A stretch of 43,220 nt of DNA from a virus (taxonomy: Duplodnaviria; Heunggongvirae; Uroviricota; Caudoviricetes). The notes under the pieces were generated by a model. That model saw only the letters and a program-made list of their open reading frames with translations. It did no database searches and had not been told where the DNA came from. This document shows positions 22,037-29,936 of the stretch, one piece after another. Position numbers and translations under genes: made by a program. The stretch lies in IMG/VR virus record IMGVR_UViG_2526164633_000017. One strand, written 5' to 3'. Every line of letters starts with the position of its first letter. The first letter of the stretch is position 1.

Positions 22037-22627
22037 TCATGCCTTACCCAGCAGCACATCACGGATACGCTGCTCCAGCTCTTCGCTGATGCCATCCTGC
22101 CCGCGCAGTTCTTCACTGACGGCGTTTGCCGCTTCTTCTGCGAATGCCTGGCGGATTTCTTTCTCGCGCCGGTGGCTGGACATTGCCGTGGATTCCAGAC
22201 GCTGTGCCGCCAGCATGGCATTTTTCAGCAGGTCAATATCCACGTCAGATTCCGGGTTTTCGATTTGCCGCATCATGGCCTTAAAAAGCTGGCTGCGGGC
22301 CATTTCCAGAATCAGCTTTGTGGTTTCTCCCATTGGCTTGTCGCCAAGTTCTGCGGTCAGTGCTGACGTCATTTCACGCATCTGTCGCAGGTTATGGCCT
22401 ACCTGCTCGACGTTCGTCGCGTAACGGTTCAGACCGGAACGGGAGAGTTTCATCTCATCCGGCAGGCCAGCGTCTTCAATCAGTGCGTTAATTTCTTCCA
22501 GAATGCGGGCCTGTGGGATCGCTTTATCACGCAGCATTTCATGCAGCGTTTTACGTACGTTTTCCGGCAGTAAATCCACTTTTGAAGCCCGGCCCCGTGT
22601 TTTCCTGTCCATCACGCCTCCTGTCAT
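22037..22627 (-). CDS. Terminase small subunit-like DNA-binding protein (Mu gp27-like)
   Basis: 196-aa ORF directly upstream of large terminase. Confidence 0.65.
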   Translation of the reverse strand: MTGGVMDRKTRGRASKVDLLPENVRKTLHEMLRDKAIPQARILEEINALIEDAGLPDEMKLSRSGLNRYATNVEQVGHNLRQMREMTSALTAELGDKPMGETTKLILEMARSQLFKAMMRQIENPESDVDIDLLKNAMLAAQRLESTAMSSHRREKEIRQAFAEEAANAVSEELRGQDGISEELEQRIRDVLLGKA

Positions 22628-22914
22628 GCACGGGGACGAGGACGCTTGACACCGGCAACGCGGGCACGACCTTCCGCCACATCCTGACCTCGGGAGGTCA
22701 GCGTTACGACATAAAAGCCGCGCAGGTTTTCCACGGTGACCAGTTGCTGCTCTGCCAGCCAGTCAATCTGGCCGCGAACCACATCGCGGGAAACGTTGTG
22801 TCCGTATGCATCCAGACAGTCCTGAAGGATGGATTCGTTTGCTTCGTTATTGCAGTCCATCAGGGAACGCAGGATGACCAGACGACGGTCTTCGGTCAGA
22901 ATATCGTTAATCAT
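22624..22914 (-). CDS. Hypothetical protein (Mu gp26-like by position)
   Basis: 96-aa ORF, translationally coupled to neighbours. Confidence 0.55.
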   Translation of the reverse strand: MINDILTEDRRLVILRSLMDCNNEANESILQDCLDAYGHNVSRDVVRGQIDWLAEQQLVTVENLRGFYVVTLTSRGQDVAEGRARVAGVKRPRPRA

Positions 22915-23228
22915 GAATTACTCCGGTTTACTGCGTTTTCAAGCAGCAGCTCCAGTTGATGGGAAAATGACTGCACCCGCTGGGACAGCACCCGGATATC
23001 GCCGGACAGCTCTGCAATTCGCAGGCGCATTTCGTGTACATCTTCTGTGCCAGGGATGCTGGCGTAGCGGGTTTCCATTTCGGTCATCCGGTTTTCAAGA
23101 CGCTCCACACGCTCAGTGCTGGCAAAACTACGACGCATTGCCCAGACGGCCCCACCGGCCACAACAGGCAACAGGTAAGGCCATAACGCTAAAACTGAAA
23201 TCAAATCCATTATTCTGCTCCACGGCAC
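22911..23228 (-). CDS. Membrane-anchored lysis-associated protein (Mu gp25-like)
   Basis: 105-aa ORF with one N-terminal hydrophobic segment (LISVLALWPYLLPVVAGGAVWAM) then coiled-coil-like region; located in lysis cassette. Confidence 0.6.
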   Translation of the reverse strand: MPWSRIMDLISVLALWPYLLPVVAGGAVWAMRRSFASTERVERLENRMTEMETRYASIPGTEDVHEMRLRIAELSGDIRVLSQRVQSFSHQLELLLENAVNRSNS

Positions 23229-23404
23229 CAGTGGCAGTAGTTCGCCATCGGCTGCTGTCTCAGCACATCAGGCCGCAGCTCACGACCGCAACCGGGACAC
23301 AATACAGGCGGGTCATACGCCGCCGGGCGGGGAATATCACGGGTATCCCCCTGCCAGAGTTCAGCGAGCAGCAGCGCCACCGCCCGGTTCTGGTCTTCGT
23401 TCAT
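23210..23404 (-). CDS. Small zinc-ribbon protein
   Basis: 64-aa ORF with CPGCG...CHWC pairs. Confidence 0.5.
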   Translation of the reverse strand: MNEDQNRAVALLLAELWQGDTRDIPRPAAYDPPVLCPGCGRELRPDVLRQQPMANYCHWCRGAE

Positions 23405-23702
23405 AAATTTCTTTCCTTCGGGTCTCCTGTTCCCGGACTGATGCCTTGTCGCGGTTGCACTGCCCGAGCGCCATCAACAGGTCAGCATTCCAGAGAAGGG
23501 ATGCTCCCCACGTCAGGGGCTGTGGCATGGGCGGAACGGGCGTTGCTTCCGTCAGTTCTGCATCAGTTTCGGGCAGGATCACCACCGATGGCACGGGTGC
23601 GTTTTTCGAGTTCCCGCAACCTGTCAGCAGCAACGGCAGGCACAGGACGAGTGCTGCAATTGTCACCGGTAATGGCGGTTGTAATTTTTTGTTTTGCATC
23701 AT
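23361..23702 (-). CDS. Outer-membrane spanin lipoprotein (Rz1-like)
   Basis: Start ATGATG at 23697-23702 inside the Rz-like gene in another frame; signal peptide MMQNKKLQPPLPVTIAALVLCLPLLLTGC with lipobox LTGC; Pro-rich mature part; overlaps i-spanin 3' end. Confidence 0.7.
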   Translation of the reverse strand: MMQNKKLQPPLPVTIAALVLCLPLLLTGCGNSKNAPVPSVVILPETDAELTEATPVPPMPQPLTWGASLLWNADLLMALGQCNRDKASVREQETRRKEIYERRPEPGGGAAAR

Positions 23703-23949
23703 GATGTTCTGTCTCGTCTGCCAGCCGCGCGGCACGATTTGCGGCACGGATAGCGGAAAATACCTGCATCGTCTGTTCCTGACCGTGTAACAACCATTCA
23801 GCCGTGTTGCGGGCCTGTTGCTCCGTCTGTAATTCACGGCGCAGCGTCTGGTTATCGTGGCGGGTGCTGTCCAGCCTGTGCCACAACACCCCGGACAAAA
23901 CGGCGGCAAACACGGCTGCCAGCAGTAAACTTTTACTGGCGAAGGTCAT
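23563..23949 (-). CDS. Inner-membrane spanin (Rz-like)
   Basis: 128-aa ORF with N-terminal TM segment (SLLLAAVFAAVLSGVLW) and charged coiled-coil periplasmic domain; directly after endolysin. Confidence 0.75.
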   Translation of the reverse strand: MTFASKSLLLAAVFAAVLSGVLWHRLDSTRHDNQTLRRELQTEQQARNTAEWLLHGQEQTMQVFSAIRAANRAARLADETEHHDAKQKITTAITGDNCSTRPVPAVAADRLRELEKRTRAIGGDPARN

Positions 23950-24451
23950 CCGCCCCCCTGATATTCCAGATAGCCATTTCCACTTCGCGACGGTTCATCA
24001 GTCCTTTCCATTTATGGCCTGCGGCAAACACCCAGCGGGCCATCTGGTCACGCGCTCCGGCGTAATCACCGGCATTGAGTTTTTTCAGCAGCGTTGATTT
24101 ACTGAATGCGGTAACACCGGTGTTGAAAATAAACGTTGCCAGCGCCGTTTTCTGATATGGCGTCAGCGGCACCCTGACAAGACGATCGATTGCCGCATAA
24201 ACCGGTTTTAAATCACTGTCGAGGAGAGCCATACACTCCGCATGGCTGTAACGGCGCATTTCGATATCCGGCCCGGTATGCCCCACACAGACCGAAAGCA
24301 CACCGCCAATATCGCGGTAAGGCATATAAGCGATATTTTCCAGGTGGATCAGAGACTGACGGGTCATTTCCTGATAACCACCCACACCGCCACCGGCAAT
24401 CGTTACAGCCAGCAGTGTGGCTTTCAGTTTTTTTGGTATCCCCGCCATCAT
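23933..24451 (-). CDS. lys: Endolysin, lysozyme-like with N-terminal signal-anchor-release (SAR) type segment
   Basis: 172-aa ORF; Gly/Ala-rich weakly hydrophobic N-terminus (LKATLLAVTIAGGGVGGY) followed by E-x8-D catalytic-type motif (ENIAYMPYRD) typical of T4-lysozyme-type muramidases. Confidence 0.8.
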   Translation of the reverse strand: MMAGIPKKLKATLLAVTIAGGGVGGYQEMTRQSLIHLENIAYMPYRDIGGVLSVCVGHTGPDIEMRRYSHAECMALLDSDLKPVYAAIDRLVRVPLTPYQKTALATFIFNTGVTAFSKSTLLKKLNAGDYAGARDQMARWVFAAGHKWKGLMNRREVEMAIWNIRGADDLRQ

Positions 24452-24521
24452 GCTTCCCTGAAAAAATGCTCTGATGGCAGTCTAAAAAATCAGGTGGCAG
24501 GTGCGGGATTATGGTGACAGG

Positions 24522-24548
24522 AAATAACCGGCAGGATGCCGGTTATTT
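24522..24548 (-). promoter_or_regulatory. Perfect interrupted palindrome AAATAACCGGC-N5-GCCGGTTATTT between C and lys; candidate activator site for late lys promoter and/or transcript end
   Basis: 11-bp arms at 24522-24532 and 24538-24548, overlapping the stop codon of the C-like gene, about 75 bp upstream of lys ATG. Confidence 0.45.
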
Positions 24549-24965
24549 TGGGCTTTCAGGTGAGAACAGATCAGGCTGATGACGTCGTGTATGCAGCTTT
24601 CTCTGGCGGGCAATAATCTGGTAGATCTGCGGCTGGGACAGGCGGTACTGGCGACGCAGTTCTTCCATGTTACGACCATTAAACTGGCAGTAAAGCAAAT
24701 CGTCGCGTAACGCGGTCAGGATCGTATCGCCGCAGGGGATGTAAAACTGCCGTCCACCCAGAAAACAGGACAGGGCAACGGCCTGTTTACGGGCAAGTTC
24801 ACGGGGATTGCTGACGTTCTGGCGTTTCAGTTCGTTTTCCAGAACATCAATCAGATCAACCACCGAACGGGGCCAGCGTGATTCCAGTTCCGGGGCCGGG
24901 ATGTTATCAATATGTCCGATTAACTGGCGAATTGCCGGATCGTGTTCAAATAAATCATGCTGCAT
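24543..24965 (-). CDS. C: Late transcription activator (Mu C-like, Mor/C family)
   Basis: 140-aa ORF; Mor/C family features (C-terminal HTH, QFNGRN motif shared with the Mor-like paralogue at 25944..26333); precedes lysis and morphogenesis genes. Confidence 0.85.
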   Translation of the reverse strand: MQHDLFEHDPAIRQLIGHIDNIPAPELESRWPRSVVDLIDVLENELKRQNVSNPRELARKQAVALSCFLGGRQFYIPCGDTILTALRDDLLYCQFNGRNMEELRRQYRLSQPQIYQIIARQRKLHTRRHQPDLFSPESPK

Positions 24966-25006
24966 ATTTTCCCCCGGTTAACAGACAAAAAGATACACCA
25001 CGGCAC

Positions 25007-25020
25007 TGATGGTTATCAGA
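25007..25020 (-). promoter_or_regulatory. Palindrome CTGATGGTTATCAG upstream of C-like gene; candidate middle-promoter element
   Basis: Dyad symmetric 14-mer in the 112-bp gap upstream of the C-like gene. Confidence 0.3.
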
Positions 25021-25077
25021 ACCACAAGGGCAATCACTTTTATCGCATTAATCAGCGTGGACGGCCCGAAACATTCA

Positions 25078-25308
25078 TCACTGAATTTTCTGTACACAAT
25101 ATTTTTCCTTATAACGTTGACAGTGGTGAAGAATTTCCGGCATATCAACTGACTGCCAGCCTTTCATGTAATAACTGCCGTGGGTGCCATCGTGCCCTGT
25201 GTAATCCATTGGCTTTGGTGGTGGGCCTCCGGCCTCCCGATGTAATACCTCCTGTCGTAAACGTTCACGCCTGCCGAACTGAAAGGACGCATCCCACCCT
25301 TTACCCAT
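25078..25308 (-). CDS. Hypothetical small protein
   Basis: ORF 25078..25362 in track; internal ATG at 25306-25308 avoids most overlap with upstream gene. No recognisable domain. Confidence 0.3.
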   Translation of the reverse strand: MGKGWDASFQFGRRERLRQEVLHREAGGPPPKPMDYTGHDGTHGSYYMKGWQSVDMPEILHHCQRYKEKYCVQKIQ

Positions 25309-25861
25309 GCAGAACCTCCCGACAGGCGCTGGCGAGCAGATCCAGACGGTTAAACCAGCCATTCAGATATTTCCCCTGCGAGGCACTGGATTTGATAATC
25401 CCTGCGTAATAGCGGGAACGACGCAGGAAGCACTGCAACAGCAGCCAGTCAGTATCGGCACGCAGAACGGCTGCGCGTGTGTTTTTACCGACGATGCCAT
25501 CATCATCAACACCTGCTGCCGCCTGGAGGATCTGAATCGCGCGTTTAACACCGTGCTGAACGGCAGCATCAAAAACGAATAAGGAAACGCCATCAGGCCA
25601 TTCGTTACACTTTGCCGCCAGCCAGTAATCACGCCAGTAGATCTGCGCCGCCTGCTCGCGGGTTAAATCCTTAATGCGGGTATCAGGTTTTCCGTCACCG
25701 TTAACATCGGTTTTGCCATCAATAACGCCGTCGCGACGGTCAGAAATACCGTATTTCGTTTCGCCGCCACGGTCGGCAGGATCATTAACATAGCCACCTT
25801 CAACATCAGGGCGTATAACGAAATTCAGCGAATGAAGGAATGCAGGGGAAAACTCAGGCAT
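25301..25861 (-). CDS. Peptidoglycan hydrolase, GH108-like N-terminal domain with C-terminal peptidoglycan-binding-like domain
   Basis: 186-aa ORF with motif EGGYVNDPADRGGETKYGI near N-terminus (characteristic of glycoside hydrolase family 108) and DGIVGKNT-type peptidoglycan-binding region. Confidence 0.7.
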   Translation of the reverse strand: MPEFSPAFLHSLNFVIRPDVEGGYVNDPADRGGETKYGISDRRDGVIDGKTDVNGDGKPDTRIKDLTREQAAQIYWRDYWLAAKCNEWPDGVSLFVFDAAVQHGVKRAIQILQAAAGVDDDGIVGKNTRAAVLRADTDWLLLQCFLRRSRYYAGIIKSSASQGKYLNGWFNRLDLLASACREVLHG

Positions 25862-25913
25862 GTTGCCCTCCTGTCATGAACGTTTTATCGTCACAACAGA
25901 ATATTGAGGGCGT

Positions 25914-25938
25914 AAAAAAAGCCGGATTAACCGGCTTT
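25914..25938 (-). terminator. Rho-independent terminator after mor-like gene (end of early transcript)
   Basis: On transcribed strand: AGCCGG-TTAAT-CCGGCT followed by T7 run, immediately after the mor-like stop. Confidence 0.65.
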
Positions 25939-25943
25939 ACTGT

Positions 25944-26333
25944 TTAAAACAAAGGGGGGGAACACTGACGATACTTTATACGCCGCATTCGTCGGATGGC
26001 TTTATAGACTGTGTTAAATGTCACACCATGACGGATTGCCAGTTCGTGAACATTGCGACCGTTGAAATCATTCCAGATACGCAAATCCCGAATAAGCGAA
26101 TCCAGAACCTGACCGCGTGGAATGTAGACCTGACCGCCGCCCAGATGCTTACAGATAGCCACAACAATCTCCAGTGAATGGGCCGGGTCAACACCTAACC
26201 GGGACAATTCCCCGCGCAGTAAATCGTTCAGCTCCGCCAGCAGTGCCGGAAAGCGTGACGTATCCTCTGCGGGATTGTCAAGATGTGCCAGGATGGTGTC
26301 ATCCTGCAAATCACCAAATAAATCTTCCGTCAT
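25944..26333 (-). CDS. mor: Middle operon regulator (Mu Mor-like, Mor/C family)
   Basis: 129-aa ORF, paralogous to the C-like protein (shared ...GGGQVYIPRG... / ...NDFNGRN... motifs). Confidence 0.85.
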   Translation of the reverse strand: MTEDLFGDLQDDTILAHLDNPAEDTSRFPALLAELNDLLRGELSRLGVDPAHSLEIVVAICKHLGGGQVYIPRGQVLDSLIRDLRIWNDFNGRNVHELAIRHGVTFNTVYKAIRRMRRIKYRQCSPPLF

Positions 26334-26881
26334 TGTGCCATCCTCCGTGTCTTTCTGGCACGGGCATAAGCCGCCGTCATGGCATCATAGCCGCGCAGTT
26401 CACGCCCGGACGGACTGACTGGCAACGGAAGCCCGTGACGGGAAAAGGCTTCACGAATACAGCGGATATGCCACTGCTTGAGAGTTTCGAGAACAATCAA
26501 CAGGGTGTCGCCATGACACCACGCCAGCGTGGAAACACCCTGTCCGCCATTACGTTTCGCCGTCAGGCGCTGAACATATTTATCCAGCGCCACATCACCG
26601 CCATCGGTAATAAAACCGTCTTCTGCCATCTGCTGCCAGACTTTGTATACCTTCTCGCGGGGCGTGACATGCCCCTTAAAGCGGCGACGTGGATGTTTAT
26701 TCAGCTTCTTAAAGCCGCGTTCTTTCATGGCATCGAGCACCTGTTCCAGTTGCGTAACCGTCAGCTCGCGGCAACTGATTTTGCCCGTTTTCTGCATCAG
26801 AAAAGCGCGGTAAGTGTCGTCGTCGAGTTGTAGCTCCCGACGGGCGACATGGATTAATTTAATCAGGGATGTGCGATTCAT
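26330..26881 (-). CDS. gemA: GemA-like early protein (Mu gp16-like)
   Basis: 183-aa ORF immediately upstream of mor, translationally coupled. Confidence 0.7.
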   Translation of the reverse strand: MNRTSLIKLIHVARRELQLDDDTYRAFLMQKTGKISCRELTVTQLEQVLDAMKERGFKKLNKHPRRRFKGHVTPREKVYKVWQQMAEDGFITDGGDVALDKYVQRLTAKRNGGQGVSTLAWCHGDTLLIVLETLKQWHIRCIREAFSRHGLPLPVSPSGRELRGYDAMTAAYARARKTRRMAQ

Positions 26882-26899
26882 GATCGTACCTCCGGAAAG

Positions 26900-26921
26900 A
26901 GGCGGTGCTGCAACACCGCCT
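26900..26921. promoter_or_regulatory. Hairpin AGGCGGTG-N6-CACCGCCT
   Basis: 8-bp perfect inverted repeat located between gemA start and the plus-strand ORF start; no T-run, so not a canonical terminator. Confidence 0.4.
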
Positions 26922-26950
26922 GAATTTACACATCAATCAGAGAGGATTTT

Positions 26951-27217
26951 ATGGAAAATAATGTACAACCTTATGATGTTGCAGGTTATGCGATTGCATC
27001 AGCACTGGTGCGCCTTCTGGTGAAGAAGGCGATCATCACCGCAGAAGAGGGCCAGGCCATTTTCAGCTCTTCAGCAGAGATTTTAAAAGATGCGCCTGCA
27101 ATAAGAACAAGCCGCCGCGAAAACATGCAACTGTCAAAGATCATGGAAGACATTATCAGTTCGTTAGACCCAGATGCTGACGGATCTCAAAAGCCTCAAA
27201 CACATGAGCGTCAGTAA
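26951..27217 (+). CDS. Hypothetical protein encoded opposite to the early operon
   Basis: 88-aa ORF with GAGAGGA Shine-Dalgarno 6 nt upstream of ATG; fills an otherwise non-coding 274-bp gap on the minus strand. Confidence 0.5.
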   Translation: MENNVQPYDVAGYAIASALVRLLVKKAIITAEEGQAIFSSSAEILKDAPAIRTSRRENMQLSKIMEDIISSLDPDADGSQKPQTHERQ

Positions 27218-27458
27218 CAATATCCTGGTCTGATAACCCCAGCCTGCGGCGGATGTACTCCTCGCGGGCTGTTTCATTTTGCAGTGCCACTACTGTTTCC
27301 AGACGATTCATTTCGCGGTTGATAATGTCACGGACTTCTCTGGCGGTGAGATTATGCTTAATACCATATTCAACGATAGCGCGAACACGTTCCAGCATCC
27401 CTTTTTCAGCCATGACGTTATCAATATTAAGGGGAGTAAATTTATCTTCATTGTTCAT
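27156..27458 (-). CDS. Hypothetical early protein
   Basis: 100-aa ORF, translationally coupled to upstream ORF. Confidence 0.55.
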   Translation of the reverse strand: MNNEDKFTPLNIDNVMAEKGMLERVRAIVEYGIKHNLTAREVRDIINREMNRLETVVALQNETAREEYIRRRLGLSDQDIVTDAHVFEAFEIRQHLGLTN

Positions 27459-27778
27459 TTTGCGGCCCTCAGAATAAATTCAGGATAAAATTTCAGACTC
27501 ATTTGCCGTAACACATCCAGTGCAGCAACGGCTGCTGATTTATCGTTGCCATCAGCAATAGCGCGGAGATTTTCAATAATCCAGTGAGGACTCAGTGACT
27601 CAGCAATAATGCCAAACCGGTACGCCATGACCTCATCAATAGCTTTTTCATGAGACGGCTCATATACAAAATTCACAAAGTCATGCACTTCTTTTTTCGG
27701 CAAACCACCGGCAATCAGCAGGGCGGCAAGCTCTTCTGATTTTGAAAATACACCATTATTCATGTCACTCACCTTCAC
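27455..27778 (-). CDS. Hypothetical early protein
   Basis: 107-aa ORF. Confidence 0.55.
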   Translation of the reverse strand: MKVSDMNNGVFSKSEELAALLIAGGLPKKEVHDFVNFVYEPSHEKAIDEVMAYRFGIIAESLSPHWIIENLRAIADGNDKSAAVAALDVLRQMSLKFYPEFILRAAK

Positions 27779-27947
27779 AATTCATGCACGCCGTGTCATC
27801 GCCCATATCGCAGTGGTTACATTTCTGCCCGCCACAATGAGGGCACTCTTTCAGATATTCAGGGGATTCATTACCGCAGGTCGGGCATTCCTGTTTCACC
27901 GTGGTAAATTTCCCCAGCCACGAATACGATGTTTCATTGTTTTCCAT
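27765..27947 (-). CDS. Small Cys-rich zinc-binding protein (four CxxC pairs)
   Basis: 60-aa ORF: CPTC, CPHC, CNHC, CMNC. Confidence 0.55.
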   Translation of the reverse strand: MENNETSYSWLGKFTTVKQECPTCGNESPEYLKECPHCGGQKCNHCDMGDDTACMNCEGE

Positions 27948-28464
27948 TGTTTACCTCCGCCTGTTTTTGCGCCCGGATAAATTCGTCAGAAAGGATTTCA
28001 GTCATGCGGCCCTGTGCGGGAGTCATCCCTGTCATGACGTAAATCACATCACCAACACGGAACCACCGGAGCGGGCCGAATATTGTTGCGCTGAAATCCA
28101 GTCCCAGTGCGGGTAAGAGAGCGTCAGTACGGGCATAAGTGACCGGAATATTCTCCTGCCATATTTTCGCCAGCTCTTTTGACTGCTCCCGCAGATGTGC
28201 AGGAATGCGCGATGTTCTTGGCCTGCAACTGTTACCTGATGCGGAGCGTTGTACAGTCCACAACTCCGGCGAGAAAGGTCGCTCATTCCCCGGAAAATTC
28301 ACGCCATGAAAATGACGCCCACCAATACCTGTGCTGAATACTGACCGGCAACCACAACCCAGAACCTTATCAAGATGGCGGGCTTCTTCGCGTAGTTTCA
28401 GGCAGTCCGCCATAAACTGGTCCCATGCCAGCAGTGCTGCGGGATTTGACGTTTTAAAAAACAT
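27934..28464 (-). CDS. Hypothetical early protein
   Basis: ORF track 27934..28503; ATG at 28462-28464 overlaps the stop of the upstream gene (ATGA) and is the likely start. Confidence 0.55.
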   Translation of the reverse strand: MFFKTSNPAALLAWDQFMADCLKLREEARHLDKVLGCGCRSVFSTGIGGRHFHGVNFPGNERPFSPELWTVQRSASGNSCRPRTSRIPAHLREQSKELAKIWQENIPVTYARTDALLPALGLDFSATIFGPLRWFRVGDVIYVMTGMTPAQGRMTEILSDEFIRAQKQAEVNNGKQ

Positions 28465-28994
28465 CACGCCACCTCCTGCACCGCTGCGGGAGCCGGAGAA
28501 CAATCAAGAATGAGATAACGCAGTACATGGTCGGTGATATTCCAGGCGCTGGAACTGCAAATAAAACGCCCCAGCCGGATATCGATATAAGCCATCACAA
28601 AACGGGGCATTCCCTGTTCGCACATTCTGTTATCCACCTCAGCAACAATGTGAACTGACTCACAGGTCAGCACGCCCGTCGCAAACTCTTTTGCCAGCGC
28701 GGGGATGGTATTACCTTCCACCCAGGGTAATGAGCGACGCCAGTTGCACCACACCGCATCATCAACAGCAGGCTGCTCAGTTGCGTTTCGTCTTACAGGC
28801 GGCGTCGGACGCGGGCGCGGAACGTCATAAAATCCGTTGCATTCGGTGAGCACTCCGGCATCAACCGCATCACGCAGGAAATACACCATTGACGAGGGCA
28901 GCATATTCATTTTTTCAGCCAGAACTCCGCAGGTCAGGCGTCCGTAAGCCCGTAATAATGTGCTGACACCATTCAGAATTTTTGCATCAACCAT
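28464..28994 (-). CDS. Hypothetical early protein
   Basis: 176-aa ORF. Confidence 0.55.
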   Translation of the reverse strand: MVDAKILNGVSTLLRAYGRLTCGVLAEKMNMLPSSMVYFLRDAVDAGVLTECNGFYDVPRPRPTPPVRRNATEQPAVDDAVWCNWRRSLPWVEGNTIPALAKEFATGVLTCESVHIVAEVDNRMCEQGMPRFVMAYIDIRLGRFICSSSAWNITDHVLRYLILDCSPAPAAVQEVA

Positions 28995-29092
28995 GTTTTA
29001 TTCCTCAGTAATCTGTTTCAGGCGCGAGCAATCCCCTGACGTATCGCGCCATAATTAAAAGAATGTGAATTAATTAAATATTAATGGTGGTA

Positions 29093-29617
29093 TTAAATAC
29101 CGGCTTCCTGTTCAAATGGAATAATAGAAAAATCCTCAATGCCTGATTTAACTGTAATTCCGGCAACGCCTGCGACCGCTTTCGGTTCCAGTAAAATCGC
29201 TTCCTTGTTGATTTCCTGCTTCGTGCGAATAAAGCGTTGCAGGCCAAGACGCTCCAGCGTTTCCATCACTGCATCCATACCACGAATACTTACTGATGGC
29301 GGACGGACCCGCCACGATACATCACCGGTGACAAGATTCGCCGTCTTCACTTTGCCGCCGTTCGTCAGTTCGTCGCGGTTCGCTTCACACCATCCCTGAA
29401 CGCCTTTTGAAAGGGTTTCAATATCGGTTTTAATCGGTGCAATCCGGGCTGCAAATTTCTCCGTAATTTCCGCGATGGCATCATTCATTTCCGTTTCCAG
29501 ACGTGATGCTTCGCGCTGTAAATCCCCGATGCGTTTAATATCGGTAATCACCGCATCGCGGTTTTGTGGCACATAAGCCGCTGCGGCACTTTTGATACGT
29601 TTTGCTGGTTTAGCCAT
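29093..29617 (-). CDS. gam: Host-nuclease inhibitor Gam (Mu Gam-like)
   Basis: 174-aa ORF MAKPAKRIKSAAAAYVPQNRD...; size and sequence character match Mu Gam as I recall it. Confidence 0.8.
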   Translation of the reverse strand: MAKPAKRIKSAAAAYVPQNRDAVITDIKRIGDLQREASRLETEMNDAIAEITEKFAARIAPIKTDIETLSKGVQGWCEANRDELTNGGKVKTANLVTGDVSWRVRPPSVSIRGMDAVMETLERLGLQRFIRTKQEINKEAILLEPKAVAGVAGITVKSGIEDFSIIPFEQEAGI

Positions 29618-29636
29618 AAATTAAAGCTCCTGTTAA

Positions 29637-29936
29637 TTAATATCCGCTGTATACAATGCTGGATACAGCTCGATTGCTTAATTCCATCTTTCGGGCAATG
29701 ACATGAATATCCAGTCCTTCTTTATAAAGTTCACGACATAAATATTTGTCGTGTTCACTGATTCGGTATACACACAATGATATTCCGTGCCTTCTGGCAT
29801 GTGCCCGGAGGGCGGTTGTGGCGACTTTCAGTTTTTCCGCCATTTCTTCAATGGTCATTTTCCCGACGTTGGCTTCGATAAATTCCCGGTCTTCGCGTGA
29901 CCAGCGCTTACGATTACACTTCATGTCAGTCACCAT
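29637..29936 (-). CDS. Hypothetical early protein with HTH-like segment
   Basis: 99-aa ORF. Confidence 0.5.
   Translation of the reverse strand: MVTDMKCNRKRWSREDREFIEANVGKMTIEEMAEKLKVATTALRAHARRHGISLCVYRISEHDKYLCRELYKEGLDIHVIARKMELSNRAVSSIVYSGY

Noticed and set aside
20374-22221. N-terminal 64-codon extension of the large terminase ORF given by the ORF track
   Set aside because: The extension overlaps the upstream gene in another frame; the ATG at 22029 follows that gene's stop and begins the conserved terminase sequence.
24966-25100. Possible small hydrophobic (holin-like) ORF upstream of the C gene
   Set aside because: On careful re-reading the candidate frame contains an in-frame stop; the apparent TM peptide came from a one-base transcription slip of mine.
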